Counted from the first letter of the stretch, positions 28,604 through 39,272 are shown. The stretch: 64,000 nt of DNA from Candidatus Komeilibacteria bacterium RIFOXYD1_FULL_37_29 (GCA_001818495.1 MHKS01000004.1:84657-148656); one strand, 5' to 3'. The notes: generated from the sequence alone by a model not told the origin. Numbers and translations: made by a program.

Positions 28604-30889
28604 ATGAAATCTGACTTTCATTTTCATTTCTATAGCCGGATATTTATCATGCTGATTTTGGCTGTGTCTTTATTTTTTATACAAAAATCAGTCAAGACCA
28701 CAGCGGAAATCACTTATCCTTATCAAGTAACTGGCTGGGCTTGGAACAATATAGCTCTTTGGTTTAGTTTGAATTGTGTTAATGATTTTGAAGTACCAGG
28801 CGTATATATTTCTACTTGTTCAGATATCCCGGGTGGTGTGGATTATGGTTTGCAAGTAGCTGCCGACGGTAACATCAGTGGTTGTATCTGGGCCGGTAAC
28901 AATGTCGGTGGCAGTGGTAGTGCTTTGGGTTGGGTGTGTTTTAATGACGTTTTTAGCGTTTTTAGAGCCACACCTAGTGATCTAGGAGTAGCTACTTCAT
29001 CGAAGTATTTAAATGCTATAGCCTCTACGACTTTTGCTAGTATACTTAGTTTTGAAGATTGGCGTTGTGTGGGTGGAACTATGAATGGTCAAAGGTGTGC
29101 TCCAAATACTGCTTTTTGTTCTGCTGCGGGCGGCACTTGCACTTTTACTGATGATGGCAAATGGAAACTTGGTTTTCCTATTATAGGGAGTGGAGAGCCT
29201 TGGGGTACAGACTTACCTAGCCCAGCCAATCCACTGCAGGGTTGTTTTAATTGTTATCAAGAATACAGCTACGCTTGTAGTATTGATGGTGGGTCGTGTG
29301 ATCCGAGTATTGGCTGTGGGGTAACTGGTACACCACCTACACCACAGGATTGTGTGGTTTCTTCGGTAGAAAATAAATGTGATAATTGTTTAGAATATTC
29401 TTATTATCCGGGTTTTTGCGAAGCCGCTGGTACAAAAAGTGTTACCATGGGTTGTGCTGATTTTGTTCATAATACGACCGATTGCTGTACTAGTAATAAT
29501 GATTGTGCCACCGGAGAAACTTGTCAAGCGGTCTCTTCTTGTGTTGCCATAACCAGCAATGAAAGAGAAGAATATACTTGTACGCAGAGCGAACCAGGCA
29601 ACTGCGTGCTCGTCCCGGAAGGTTGCGTAGATAGAACACTAGGCGCTTATAGAATGACTTTGGGCGGTTATGATTGTAGTAATTGTAATATTGAAAGTTA
29701 TGACAATCGTTGTTATTTAAATGCTGAAGAAGCCAATCTTAATAGTTGTGTCAGTTGTGCTAATATTTTTTATTATCCCGGAGTAATGATAGATCATAAA
29801 CATTACAATTTAGGAGCTGCCGAAATGGCTTATATGTGCGGCTGGGCTTGGAACGCGTGGGATGACAATAGCGACGGCAATCCAGACAACGGTTTGTACT
29901 GGTTTCAGTTTTCTCCTAGGATTGTTACTTCTACGCGCCCATTTTTGTCAGTAGAGAGCGGTAATATTTATTCCCAAAAAGGTATTAGTGGCGATTATTT
30001 GCCACCTTTTGGTCATTACAATTCTTCTTATTTGATTGAATCAGGGGGTAGTATTAGCAATTTTATTAGTTCCAGCACTTTGTCCGGTCTTTATCAAGGT
30101 GAAATACCTTATCAGCCGATTATTAGTTTTTTAAGACCAAATGCTAGTTTTAGTAAGTACAACAATGCTTTAGGTAGTATTGATTATGCTGGATTGATCG
30201 CTGATGTTGTTTCTGGGGCGGCCAATGTTAACAAATATGGATCAACTATCATTACTACTACCGGTATTACTCAGGCTGATGCCATGGTTTTTCTTAATGA
30301 TCTGAGTGATCCTTTGGAGTCAGAAAGTATGGTACATTATCATAACGATGATTTAAATATCAATACAGCTGCTTTTGTCCCGACACACACTATTTGGGCC
30401 GGTGATAATAATGAAAACGCTGCTAAAGTAGTGGTTGTTAATGGTGATTTATTGATTGGTGATAATTTTATTTATGAAAACGCTGCTAGCTATGGTAATT
30501 TTAAAAATATACCTTCTATAGTTTGGATTGTCAGGGGAGATTTATCTATTGATGCCGATGTCAACCAATTGGTTGGTACATTTATAGTTTTGGGTAATAC
30601 CAGTATTGCGGATTGTTCTTATGTATCTCCAGCCACACCAGCACCAAGTTGTGGGCAGATCATTACTTGTCTTGATACAAACATTGGCAATCCAGCGGAC
30701 TGTGATACTTCTTCATTAATTGTCCGTGGTAGTGCTTTGGCTAAATATTTTAATCTGAATAGGACTTTTATTGATGCATCTGATCCACGTCCATCAGAGC
30801 AGTTTATCAACGATGGTCGTTTACAGGTCAATCCACCGGCTGGTTTTAAAAATTTCTCCAATATTATTCCCAGATTTAGTGAGAATTAA
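28604..30889 (+). CDS. large Cys-rich secreted protein upstream of pilM
   Basis: Signal/TM, two GWAW motifs, Cys-rich middle, C-terminal VxGDLxI repeats. Confidence 0.7.
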   Translation: MKSDFHFHFYSRIFIMLILAVSLFFIQKSVKTTAEITYPYQVTGWAWNNIALWFSLNCVNDFEVPGVYISTCSDIPGGVDYGLQVAADGNISGCIWAGNNVGGSGSALGWVCFNDVFSVFRATPSDLGVATSSKYLNAIASTTFASILSFEDWRCVGGTMNGQRCAPNTAFCSAAGGTCTFTDDGKWKLGFPIIGSGEPWGTDLPSPANPLQGCFNCYQEYSYACSIDGGSCDPSIGCGVTGTPPTPQDCVVSSVENKCDNCLEYSYYPGFCEAAGTKSVTMGCADFVHNTTDCCTSNNDCATGETCQAVSSCVAITSNEREEYTCTQSEPGNCVLVPEGCVDRTLGAYRMTLGGYDCSNCNIESYDNRCYLNAEEANLNSCVSCANIFYYPGVMIDHKHYNLGAAEMAYMCGWAWNAWDDNSDGNPDNGLYWFQFSPRIVTSTRPFLSVESGNIYSQKGISGDYLPPFGHYNSSYLIESGGSISNFISSSTLSGLYQGEIPYQPIISFLRPNASFSKYNNALGSIDYAGLIADVVSGAANVNKYGSTIITTTGITQADAMVFLNDLSDPLESESMVHYHNDDLNINTAAFVPTHTIWAGDNNENAAKVVVVNGDLLIGDNFIYENAASYGNFKNIPSIVWIVRGDLSIDADVNQLVGTFIVLGNTSIADCSYVSPATPAPSCGQIITCLDTNIGNPADCDTSSLIVRGSALAKYFNLNRTFIDASDPRPSEQFINDGRLQVNPPAGFKNFSNIIPRFSEN

Positions 30890-30968
30890 AAATTTTGGAT
30901 TAAAAGTGGAAAATGTGTTATAATTATATAAATCTTTTAAAATATTTTAAGAAAATTACGGAAAAAAT

Positions 30969-32186
30969 ATGGGTTTATTTTCCAGCGTAACTAGTTATTT
31001 GGGAGTTGATATCGGAACATCCAGTATTAAGATGGTTGAGCTTGAAAATTATAAAAATCAGGCCAAATTGAGGACTTATGGTTATGCTGACATCGCCGTC
31101 AATGTTTTAAGTAGCTCGATTGATAAAAACAATCAACTAATTGCCGATTATATATCGGAAATTGCTCAAAAATCCAATGTTCAAACTAGGCAGGTGGTGG
31201 CCGCTTTGCCTACTTTTTCGGTTTTTAATTTTATTATCAATTTGCCACCCATGCCCAAAAAGGATTTGGCTTCAGCCATCAAGTGGGAGGCCAAAAAATT
31301 TATTCCCGTACCACTCGAAGAAATGATTTTGGACTGGAAAATACTCAATAAAAAGACCATTAACAAAAACCACGAAAAATCTTCTTTCTTATCTGGTGAA
31401 AAAGATAAAAAGAAAGACAACCCCATGGATATGGCTGGCGATATGGGCTTGGAAAATGATAGTCTGGGCACAGATAGAGCGGCTTTGGCTAAAAGCACGG
31501 CTAAAAACGCCTTAAAGGAGGAAGATAAATTTTTCGCTACCACTTCTAGTGACAATAATTATCGGATACTTTTGACGGCTGCACCAAAAAATTTAGTAGC
31601 CCGTTATATTGATATTTTCAAAAGAGCTAAATTTAATTTATTAAGCTTGGAAACCGAGGCTTTTGCTTTATCCAGATCGCTGATTGGTAATGACAATTCT
31701 ACTGTTATGATTGTAGACATCGGAGCCACCACAGCTGATATTTGTATTATTGAACAAGGCGTCCCGATACTTAATCGTGGCATAGATAGTGGTGGTGAGT
31801 TTATTACCAAAACTATCATGAATAGTCTAAATGTCAATTCGGAAAGAGCCGAACAGTTTAAAAGAGATTTTGGTTTGGCCGGTGGCGGATTTAAAAATGT
31901 ACCAGATGTTATTCAAAAATCTTTAAATTCTATCATCAATGAAATCAAATATGTTTTTGAGATTTATCAGAGACAGCGTAATAGCCATATAGAAAAAATA
32001 GTTTTGACTGGCGGTAGTGCTTTTTTACCCAGTTTGCCCCAATATTTATCTGAACTTTTGAATATGGAAGTAATTATTGGTGATCCTTGGGACAGAATAA
32101 TCTATCCTTTGGATTTAAAGCCGATTTTACAAGAAATTGGGCCTAGAATGGCTACTTCTGTCGGTTTAGCTATGCGCGATATATAA
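30969..32186 (+). CDS. pilM: type IV pilus assembly protein PilM
   Basis: LGVDIGTSSIKMVEL, VDIGATT, VLTGGSA, VGLAMR. Confidence 0.92.
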   Translation: MGLFSSVTSYLGVDIGTSSIKMVELENYKNQAKLRTYGYADIAVNVLSSSIDKNNQLIADYISEIAQKSNVQTRQVVAALPTFSVFNFIINLPPMPKKDLASAIKWEAKKFIPVPLEEMILDWKILNKKTINKNHEKSSFLSGEKDKKKDNPMDMAGDMGLENDSLGTDRAALAKSTAKNALKEEDKFFATTSSDNNYRILLTAAPKNLVARYIDIFKRAKFNLLSLETEAFALSRSLIGNDNSTVMIVDIGATTADICIIEQGVPILNRGIDSGGEFITKTIMNSLNVNSERAEQFKRDFGLAGGGFKNVPDVIQKSLNSIINEIKYVFEIYQRQRNSHIEKIVLTGGSAFLPSLPQYLSELLNMEVIIGDPWDRIIYPLDLKPILQEIGPRMATSVGLAMRDI

Positions 32187-32189
32187 GTT

Positions 32190-33674
32190 ATGGAACAAGA
32201 AAAGGACAAAAAGGAAATAAATTTGATGCCCGAGGATCTCAGGTCAAAAGAGGCTGGGCTTTTGTCAAAAAACAAAAGTAAAAGTGGTTTTGATTTTGAT
32301 TTTGTCTCGCCCAAAGCATCCGCTATTAAAAAAGCGTCTTTTCAACCCAGTGTGTCTTGGTGGGATAAACTAAAAAGTATTTTCAGCCAGCCAGCCGGAT
32401 TTGGTCCAGCTGAGCATCATTTGGCCAAGCCAAAAGAAGCGGCTCAGGAAATAAAACCAAAGACGGATATTAAAAAAGAGAAACCGACTGACGATTTTGT
32501 TTTACACATGCCAGCTCCAGAAGAAAAAAATGATGCAGTGCATTTTCATGTTAATTATACCAAAGACTCTTTGGCTGGTGTTAAGGAAGGAAATCCCAAA
32601 GATAATATATCTCATGAACCAGCCGAAAAAAGTGGGCTATCTTGGTGGGATAAAATAAAAAAAATATTTGCCTCCAGAAATCATCAAACAAAATTGCCAA
32701 AAATTGAACGAGTGCCTGAGCGACCGATTAGGCCCAGGGATTTAGAAGATGTAGCACAGACCATCCCTAGCCAGCCCAAAGGGGCTATTGATATTTGGGA
32801 TGAGCAAAATATCAAAAATATTTTACCGATAAAAAATAATGTTAGTGCATCGGTAGTATCTCCCACGCCCGCTGTTTTAGAGGCTAATATAGCTATCAAA
32901 CCCGTCGATGAGAAGAATACTTCAGATTTTTATATTCCGGCGGTAGAGGAGCGTCATAAGAGTAAGTTTGAGAAAAAAGTTGAAAAACAAGCAGAAGTCA
33001 AAGATATTGAAGAGTCCAAATTCCATCAGCCTAGTTCTAGGGCTAGAGCCAAATTTTTAGATGAGAGTGGTGGAGTTGATTTGATTCCCGATGCGGCCAA
33101 AATCAGAAGTTGGAAGCAGATAAGTAAATTATTATTAATTACAGTTTTTAGCTTTTTGTTGGTCATAGTTATTTTTTATGGTTTTCTATTTTATCAGGGG
33201 AAAAATTTAGAAGGACAAAAAGCCGAGGAGGATGCTCAGATCACCAATTTGGAAAGACAAATTGTTGATTATCAAGACCTAAATAATCAGATTAGCCAGC
33301 TGGGTGATGAAATAAAAAATCTTCATCAACTGCTTAGTTTACATTTTTATTGGACGAATTTTTTTCAACTGCTAGAAAAATATACTATTGATGGAGTCTA
33401 TTACTCTGGTATGACAGCTGGCAACGGAGGGGCCATGACTTTGGAAGCCAAGGCTACCAGTTTTGAAACTTTGGCTCAGCAAATAAAAATTTTACAGCAG
33501 GAGGAAACTCAAGAATTTGTGACCAGTATCAAAGTATCTTCGGCTGATTATGATCAGGAAGAAGATGAAGTGAGTTTTAATATAAACATTGTTCTTAATC
33601 CATCATTATTTTTATATAACCAAAAGTATCTTTATGAAAGAGATAATGATTATGGCGTCGTGAGTGGAGAATAA
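32190..33674 (+). CDS. pilN: PilN-like protein with long N-terminal extension
   Basis: EINLMP motif, TM ~aa 314-335, coiled coil and C-terminal alpha/beta domain; follows pilM. Confidence 0.7.
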   Translation: MEQEKDKKEINLMPEDLRSKEAGLLSKNKSKSGFDFDFVSPKASAIKKASFQPSVSWWDKLKSIFSQPAGFGPAEHHLAKPKEAAQEIKPKTDIKKEKPTDDFVLHMPAPEEKNDAVHFHVNYTKDSLAGVKEGNPKDNISHEPAEKSGLSWWDKIKKIFASRNHQTKLPKIERVPERPIRPRDLEDVAQTIPSQPKGAIDIWDEQNIKNILPIKNNVSASVVSPTPAVLEANIAIKPVDEKNTSDFYIPAVEERHKSKFEKKVEKQAEVKDIEESKFHQPSSRARAKFLDESGGVDLIPDAAKIRSWKQISKLLLITVFSFLLVIVIFYGFLFYQGKNLEGQKAEEDAQITNLERQIVDYQDLNNQISQLGDEIKNLHQLLSLHFYWTNFFQLLEKYTIDGVYYSGMTAGNGGAMTLEAKATSFETLAQQIKILQQEETQEFVTSIKVSSADYDQEEDEVSFNINIVLNPSLFLYNQKYLYERDNDYGVVSGE

Positions 33675-33680
33675 AAATTT

Positions 33681-34448
33681 ATGGCCGCTAAAAATAAAGA
33701 CAAAAAAGAAATACAATTTGAACAGCCGTCAGATATTTTGCTATTAGTCAATCGTTATCTGATGGTTATTATTGGTTTGATCATTTTAATTATTTTGGTA
33801 TCTGGTTATTTCTTTTTACTCAAACCAAAAATAGACAGCATCAATGTCAGTGAGACCAGAACCACCGTGACGGAAGAGAGAAGGTTAGGTAATGAACATT
33901 TATTGACTAGGATCAAAGAATTAGAAGCGGAATATTATGACATTATCAACAATCGTCAGGAAGATTTAGATATGTTGAGAAAAATGGTGCCGGCCGATTC
34001 ACAAATAGCCGAAATATTTTTGATGTCTGATTTATTGGCTAAAAAATACGGTTTTCAATTGACTACTATTGATATTAGCGATAATGAACCAGTCAGAGAA
34101 AAACCCAAACCGGTGGTAACTGAAGATTTTTCAGAAGATAATATCCCAGCAGATTCGGCTAGTGGGACCGCTCCACCAGAAACAAATACCATTGAAAGTC
34201 TATTGGCAATTAGCGGTATTAAAACGGCTACTGTTAAATTTGCTGTTGTCAGGGAAGTAGTGGATGACAGTCCAGTTTTGGGAGTAGAAATTTATGATGA
34301 TTTTAAAGATTATCTATCGGATTTGGAAAATAATATAAGATTAATGGATATTCAAGCAATAATTTTTGATTCTATTGATGCCGAGCCAGGTTCGAACGGG
34401 TCGAGAACTTATACTTTTAATTTAGATTTAATAACCTATTATCGATAA
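33681..34448 (+). CDS. pilO: PilO-like protein
   Basis: TM, coiled coil, LENNIRLMDI, C-terminal L.TYY. Confidence 0.7.
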   Translation: MAAKNKDKKEIQFEQPSDILLLVNRYLMVIIGLIILIILVSGYFFLLKPKIDSINVSETRTTVTEERRLGNEHLLTRIKELEAEYYDIINNRQEDLDMLRKMVPADSQIAEIFLMSDLLAKKYGFQLTTIDISDNEPVREKPKPVVTEDFSEDNIPADSASGTAPPETNTIESLLAISGIKTATVKFAVVREVVDDSPVLGVEIYDDFKDYLSDLENNIRLMDIQAIIFDSIDAEPGSNGSRTYTFNLDLITYYR

Positions 34449-34453
34449 TTTTT

Positions 34454-34822
34454 ATGGCTAAAAGTACTGATAAAAAAACGACCATACTTTTACTGGTAAT
34501 ATTGGCGGTATCGGTTATTGGTGGGGGTATTTGGACTTACAGTAGTCTCAAGCCCATAGAGCCTACTCAAAATTTACCGGTGGGGGTAGACAGTTTAATG
34601 GGACTTAGTATTGATAATGTTTATGCTATCAAAGAGCAAGCCATAGCCAATATTGGAGATTTTTTAGAAACACCAAATTCTTCTGATACTCTATGGGATT
34701 ATTTTTATTCCAATCAGCAATTTAATAAATTAAATGATATTAATTTAGATATCAATATTGGTGGTTATGTAAATAATCCTAACCCTTTTGTGATACCTAG
34801 TTCTACCGAGGAAAATAGCTAG
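34454..34822 (+). CDS. PilP-position bitopic protein
   Basis: N-terminal TM, C-terminal NPNPF motif; follows pilO. Confidence 0.5.
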   Translation: MAKSTDKKTTILLLVILAVSVIGGGIWTYSSLKPIEPTQNLPVGVDSLMGLSIDNVYAIKEQAIANIGDFLETPNSSDTLWDYFYSNQQFNKLNDINLDINIGGYVNNPNPFVIPSSTEENS

Positions 34823-34843
34823 GATGATATAAGATTATTTTTT

Positions 34844-36580
34844 ATGACTCAGCAAGAAGTACAAAAACTTTTCGATTTTTTAAAGCAGAATAATTTACTA
34901 ACGGGTGATCAATATAAAGATTTAAACTCTAAGAAATATTCTACTTTTGAAGAGTTGGAAAAATATCTCCGTCGCACTATTTTAATATCTGATGAGGACT
35001 GGGTTAGAGCCAGGGGTGTTTTTTATGATATAGAATATAGCAATCTTATTGGCGCCAAGCTAGAATCAGATATTTTAAATATCTTACCACAAAATTTGTC
35101 GGAAAATTACCAGATGGTAATTTTTAATAAAGAGGGAGCCAATATAAAAGTCGGATTAGTTGATCCGACAAATTTTAAAGCAATTGAAGCACTCAATTAT
35201 TTAGCTCGGAAGAAAAATTTTCAAGTTAAGTATTATATAATTTCTGAAGATAGCTATCGGGCGGCTTATAAGCAGTATGAAACACTGGGCGAAGAAGTGG
35301 GTGAGGCTCTAGATACCGCCGAGGCCATTTTTGCCCCCAAAGAGCAGGATATAGATTTGGATGGTGATGTGGGAGAAATGGTCAAGAGTGCTCCAGTTTC
35401 TAAGATTGTTTCCGTCATACTTCGTCATGCTATAGAAGGTCGGGCGTCTGATATCCACATTGAGCCCTTTACCAATCAATCAAAAGTCAGGTATAGAATT
35501 GACGGAGTACTCCACACCACCATTGTTTTGCCAATTTATGTGCATGCGGCTTTAATTTCTAGAATAAAAGTGATGGCCAATTTGAAGATTGATGAAACTA
35601 GGATTCCCCAGGATGGCCGTATTCGTATCAATGTACACAATAAAGATGTTGATTTTCGTATCTCTACTATACCACTAATGGGCCACGAAAAGGTGGTAAT
35701 GCGTATTTTGGAAACACCAGACAAAGCGCCGACTTTTTCAGAATTGGGTTTTTTGGGTTTGCAGGGTAAAGTCATAGAGAAAAATATTTATAAACCCAAT
35801 GGTATGTTTCTACTGACCGGTCCGACCGGTTCTGGTAAATCCACCACCTTGTTTGCCCTTTTATCATTTTTAAATAAAGAGGATGTCAATATTTCCACTT
35901 TAGAAGACCCAGTAGAATATTATATTCCCGGAGTCAATCAATCTCAAATCAGGCCAGAAGTTAATTTTACTTTTGCTACAGGTCTAAGAGCTTTGCTTCG
36001 TCAAGATCCGGATATTATCATGGTCGGTGAGATTCGTGACAATGAAACAGCCGAATTGGCTATCCATGCTGGACTGACTGGGCACTCTGTTTTGACTACT
36101 TTACACACCAATAGTGCTGTCGGTGCTATTCCTCGTTTATTTGATATGAAAGTAGAGCCGTTTTTATTGGCTAGTACTTTAAATGCCGTAGTAGCTCAGA
36201 GGTTGGTCAGAAAAATTTGCGACAAATGTAAGGCTGAAGAAAAGTTGCCCTCTGGTTTAGAAGTCACTATTCATCAGCATTTAGATACCATACCCAAAGA
36301 AGCTTTTTATGGTGATGTCGATCCCAAAGTATTCAAATTTTATAAAGGTAAAGGTTGCGCCAACTGTGGTCAAACCGGTTACAAGGGTAGGTTGTCTATC
36401 GCTGAGGCTATAAATGTTACTAGGAGTCTCAAGGATATTATTGCCAAGGGTTTTGATCGTCAGGAAGTAGAGGTTGAGTTGGCCAAACAAAAATTTATTA
36501 CTATGGAGCAGGACGGAGTAATCAAAGCTTTATTGGGGCTCACTAGCATTGAGGAAATAATGAGAGTATCTAAGATGTAA
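34844..36580 (+). CDS. pilB: type IV pilus extension ATPase PilB/GspE
   Basis: ASDIHIEP, GPTGSGKSTT, LRQDPDIIMVGEIRD, TLHTN, CxxC pairs. Confidence 0.95.
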   Translation: MTQQEVQKLFDFLKQNNLLTGDQYKDLNSKKYSTFEELEKYLRRTILISDEDWVRARGVFYDIEYSNLIGAKLESDILNILPQNLSENYQMVIFNKEGANIKVGLVDPTNFKAIEALNYLARKKNFQVKYYIISEDSYRAAYKQYETLGEEVGEALDTAEAIFAPKEQDIDLDGDVGEMVKSAPVSKIVSVILRHAIEGRASDIHIEPFTNQSKVRYRIDGVLHTTIVLPIYVHAALISRIKVMANLKIDETRIPQDGRIRINVHNKDVDFRISTIPLMGHEKVVMRILETPDKAPTFSELGFLGLQGKVIEKNIYKPNGMFLLTGPTGSGKSTTLFALLSFLNKEDVNISTLEDPVEYYIPGVNQSQIRPEVNFTFATGLRALLRQDPDIIMVGEIRDNETAELAIHAGLTGHSVLTTLHTNSAVGAIPRLFDMKVEPFLLASTLNAVVAQRLVRKICDKCKAEEKLPSGLEVTIHQHLDTIPKEAFYGDVDPKVFKFYKGKGCANCGQTGYKGRLSIAEAINVTRSLKDIIAKGFDRQEVEVELAKQKFITMEQDGVIKALLGLTSIEEIMRVSKM

Positions 36581-36616
36581 TCAAAATATTAATTATATAA
36601 TATACAATATAATCAT

Positions 36617-37003
36617 ATGGAAGGTAAAAAAATATTAATTGTTGAGGACGATGATTTCTTGTTGCAGATGTATTCTACCAAGCTGGAACTGGAGGGTTTC
36701 AAAGTTTTTGAAGCTATCAACGGCCTGCAAGGTTTAAAAGTTGCACAAAAAGAAAAGCCGGATTTGATTCTTTTGGATCTCAATTTGCCAGAGTTAAACG
36801 GTTTTGAGGTCTTAAGTCAGCTTAAAAGAGACGAAGAAACTAGTAGTATTAGAGTATTAATTTTGACTAATTATTCTCAAAAAGAAGATATTGATCGCTG
36901 TTTGGAATTGGGAGCTGATGATTATTTGATTAAGGCTCATTTTGTTCCCTCAGAGGTCATTGCTAAAATAAAAGATATATTAGAAAAAGAAAGCCAAAAA
37001 TAA
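36617..37003 (+). CDS. single-domain response regulator (CheY/PilH-like)
   Basis: ILIVEDD, DLILLDLNLP, GADDYLIK. Confidence 0.9.
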   Translation: MEGKKILIVEDDDFLLQMYSTKLELEGFKVFEAINGLQGLKVAQKEKPDLILLDLNLPELNGFEVLSQLKRDEETSSIRVLILTNYSQKEDIDRCLELGADDYLIKAHFVPSEVIAKIKDILEKESQK

Positions 37004-37004
37004 C

Positions 37005-38057
37005 ATGTCGGATGCTTTAATTATAAATGATATATTAAATGCGGCGGCCGAAAGAAAGGCTACTGATGTTCATCTGGTAGCTGGAAATAATCCAGTTATT
37101 CGGGTAGACGGTCGTTTGACCACTTTGGTTGATCAGCCAGTTTTGACTGGAGATATATTGATGGCTTTGGCTCAGTCATTTTTAAGTAAAGAATATTTTG
37201 ACAAGCTTAGTGTTGAAAAAGAAATAGTAGCTATTTATAATTGGGCCGGGCGCAGTCGTTATCGAGCCAAGGTATTTTATCAAAAAGGTTTTTTGGCTAT
37301 TTCTCTTCGTTTGTTGTCACCCTTTATTAGGTCACCCAAAGATTTGGGTATACCAGCTGCTATTTTACAGCTTTTAAATAAAGATCGCGGTATCATCATC
37401 ATCACTGGCCCTTTTGCCAGTGGGCGTACTTCTACCGCCGTATCATTGGTAGAAACACTCAATCAAAATAAAGGTTTGCATATACAGACTTTGGAAAATC
37501 CAGTCGAATATCTATTTTCCAATAATCAATCGGTGATTGAACAGCGCAACATTGGTTTGGATGTTAATAATTTTGTAGATGGTTTGAAAAATATGCTGGA
37601 CGAGGATATTGATGCTGTGTTTGTTGATTCCATGCATGAAAAGGGAGCGGAAGAAGTCATTTTAGAGTTGGCAGAAAGTGGCAAATTGATCATTTTTGTC
37701 ATGGATGCCGACACAGTAATTTCGGCTTTGGATAGATTTATTAACAATATTTCCACTAATCGTCGAGATTGGGGTAGAGAAACATTGGCTGATGTTTTGT
37801 TGGGGGTTATGGCGCAGCGTCTGATACCCCGAGTGGGTGGGGGACTTACTATGGCCTCAGAAGTTTTGATTAGCAACTCAGCTGTGCGTAGTTCTATTAA
37901 AAGTGACAAGCTTTCCCAGCTGGGTAGTATTATGCAGACCTCTCGGGAAGAGGGTATGTCTTCTTTGGACAAGTCTTTGTTAGAATTAATTAGAATTGGA
38001 GAAATTAGTTTAAGCGACGGGAAAAATCATGCGGTTGATCCGCAGAGTTTGAGATAA
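37005..38057 (+). CDS. pilT: PilT/PilU-family ATPase with degenerate catalytic motifs
   Basis: ATDVHL..G..P.IRVDG, QRLIP, MQTSREEGM; Walker A reads GPFASGRT. Confidence 0.8.
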   Translation: MSDALIINDILNAAAERKATDVHLVAGNNPVIRVDGRLTTLVDQPVLTGDILMALAQSFLSKEYFDKLSVEKEIVAIYNWAGRSRYRAKVFYQKGFLAISLRLLSPFIRSPKDLGIPAAILQLLNKDRGIIIITGPFASGRTSTAVSLVETLNQNKGLHIQTLENPVEYLFSNNQSVIEQRNIGLDVNNFVDGLKNMLDEDIDAVFVDSMHEKGAEEVILELAESGKLIIFVMDADTVISALDRFINNISTNRRDWGRETLADVLLGVMAQRLIPRVGGGLTMASEVLISNSAVRSSIKSDKLSQLGSIMQTSREEGMSSLDKSLLELIRIGEISLSDGKNHAVDPQSLR

Positions 38058-38063
38058 TAATTT

Positions 38064-39272
38064 ATGCCAATATATAAATATAGAGCCAGGACCAAAGACG
38101 GCCGCATTATCAAAGGAGCGGTTGAAGCAGTGATGGAAGATGATGCCCTAGACCTTTTAAGTGAAAAAGGTTTGATTATTGTAGATTTGTTGGAGACAAA
38201 ACAAAAGAAGGTTCGACGTTTTAATATTAATGTTGGTACAATTAAGCATAAAGATTTGGTAATTTTTTCCCGTCAGCTGTCAGTCATGATTTCAGCTACT
38301 GTGCCCATAGTGCAGGCCTTAAAAATTTTGGCTCAGCAGACTACCAATCCAATGTTTGTGGATAAAATAATAGAAATGTCCAATGATATTGACGGCGGTA
38401 TGCGGTTTTCTGGTGCTTTATCTAAGCATGATAAAATTTTCAGCAATTTCTATGTGGCCATGGTCAAAAGCGGTGAAACCTCTGGTAAATTGGATGAGAT
38501 ACTCCAATATTTAGCTGATCAGATGGAAAAGGATTATGACTTGGTATCACGCATCAAAGGCGCTATGATTTATCCCATTTTTATTATTTCCGGTATGGTG
38601 GTGGTCGGTTTTTTGATGATGACCTTTGTAGTACCGCAGATGGTAAAAATGCTGGAAGAAACGGGAGCGGAATTACCGTTTTTGACTAGACTTTTGGTTT
38701 CAGTCTCGAGTTTTATGAACCAGTATTGGTATTTGATAGTTTTGGGAGTAGTGGTCGCTATAGTAATTTTGCGTTGGTGGATAAAATCCAAGCCGGGTAA
38801 AGTAACTTGGGATGCTATAAAGATCAGAATACCAATTTTTGGAGGGTTATTTAAGAAAATTTATATAGTACGTTTTACTCGCTCTTTTGCCACCTTGATT
38901 AAAGGTGGTGTGCCGATTGCTTCAGCTTTGGCTATTACCGCCGAGGTGGTAGATAACCGCGCTTATGAAAAACTCATCTTAGAAACAGTAGATGAAGTAG
39001 AGGGGGGTAATTCGGTGGCTACTTTGTTTTCCAATTCAGACATCATGCCCAAGATGCTTTCTCAGATGATGGTCATTGGAGAAAAAACTGGTCGCTTGGA
39101 TGATGTTTTGGAGCGTTTGAGTAATTTTTATAGCCGCGAAATAGACAACTTGGTTGGCAGTTTGACTTCTTTGATTGAACCTTTGATTTTGATTGTCATG
39201 GGTGTAGGTGTCGGTGGTATGGTTGCGGCTATTATGTTGCCGATGTTTAAGGTAGCCCAGTCTATTGGTTAG
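38064..39272 (+). CDS. pilC: type IV pilus platform protein PilC/GspF
   Basis: FSRQLSVMI, GETSGKLD, AMIYP, GEKTGRLD, IEP. Confidence 0.95.
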   Translation: MPIYKYRARTKDGRIIKGAVEAVMEDDALDLLSEKGLIIVDLLETKQKKVRRFNINVGTIKHKDLVIFSRQLSVMISATVPIVQALKILAQQTTNPMFVDKIIEMSNDIDGGMRFSGALSKHDKIFSNFYVAMVKSGETSGKLDEILQYLADQMEKDYDLVSRIKGAMIYPIFIISGMVVVGFLMMTFVVPQMVKMLEETGAELPFLTRLLVSVSSFMNQYWYLIVLGVVVAIVILRWWIKSKPGKVTWDAIKIRIPIFGGLFKKIYIVRFTRSFATLIKGGVPIASALAITAEVVDNRAYEKLILETVDEVEGGNSVATLFSNSDIMPKMLSQMMVIGEKTGRLDDVLERLSNFYSREIDNLVGSLTSLIEPLILIVMGVGVGGMVAAIMLPMFKVAQSIG

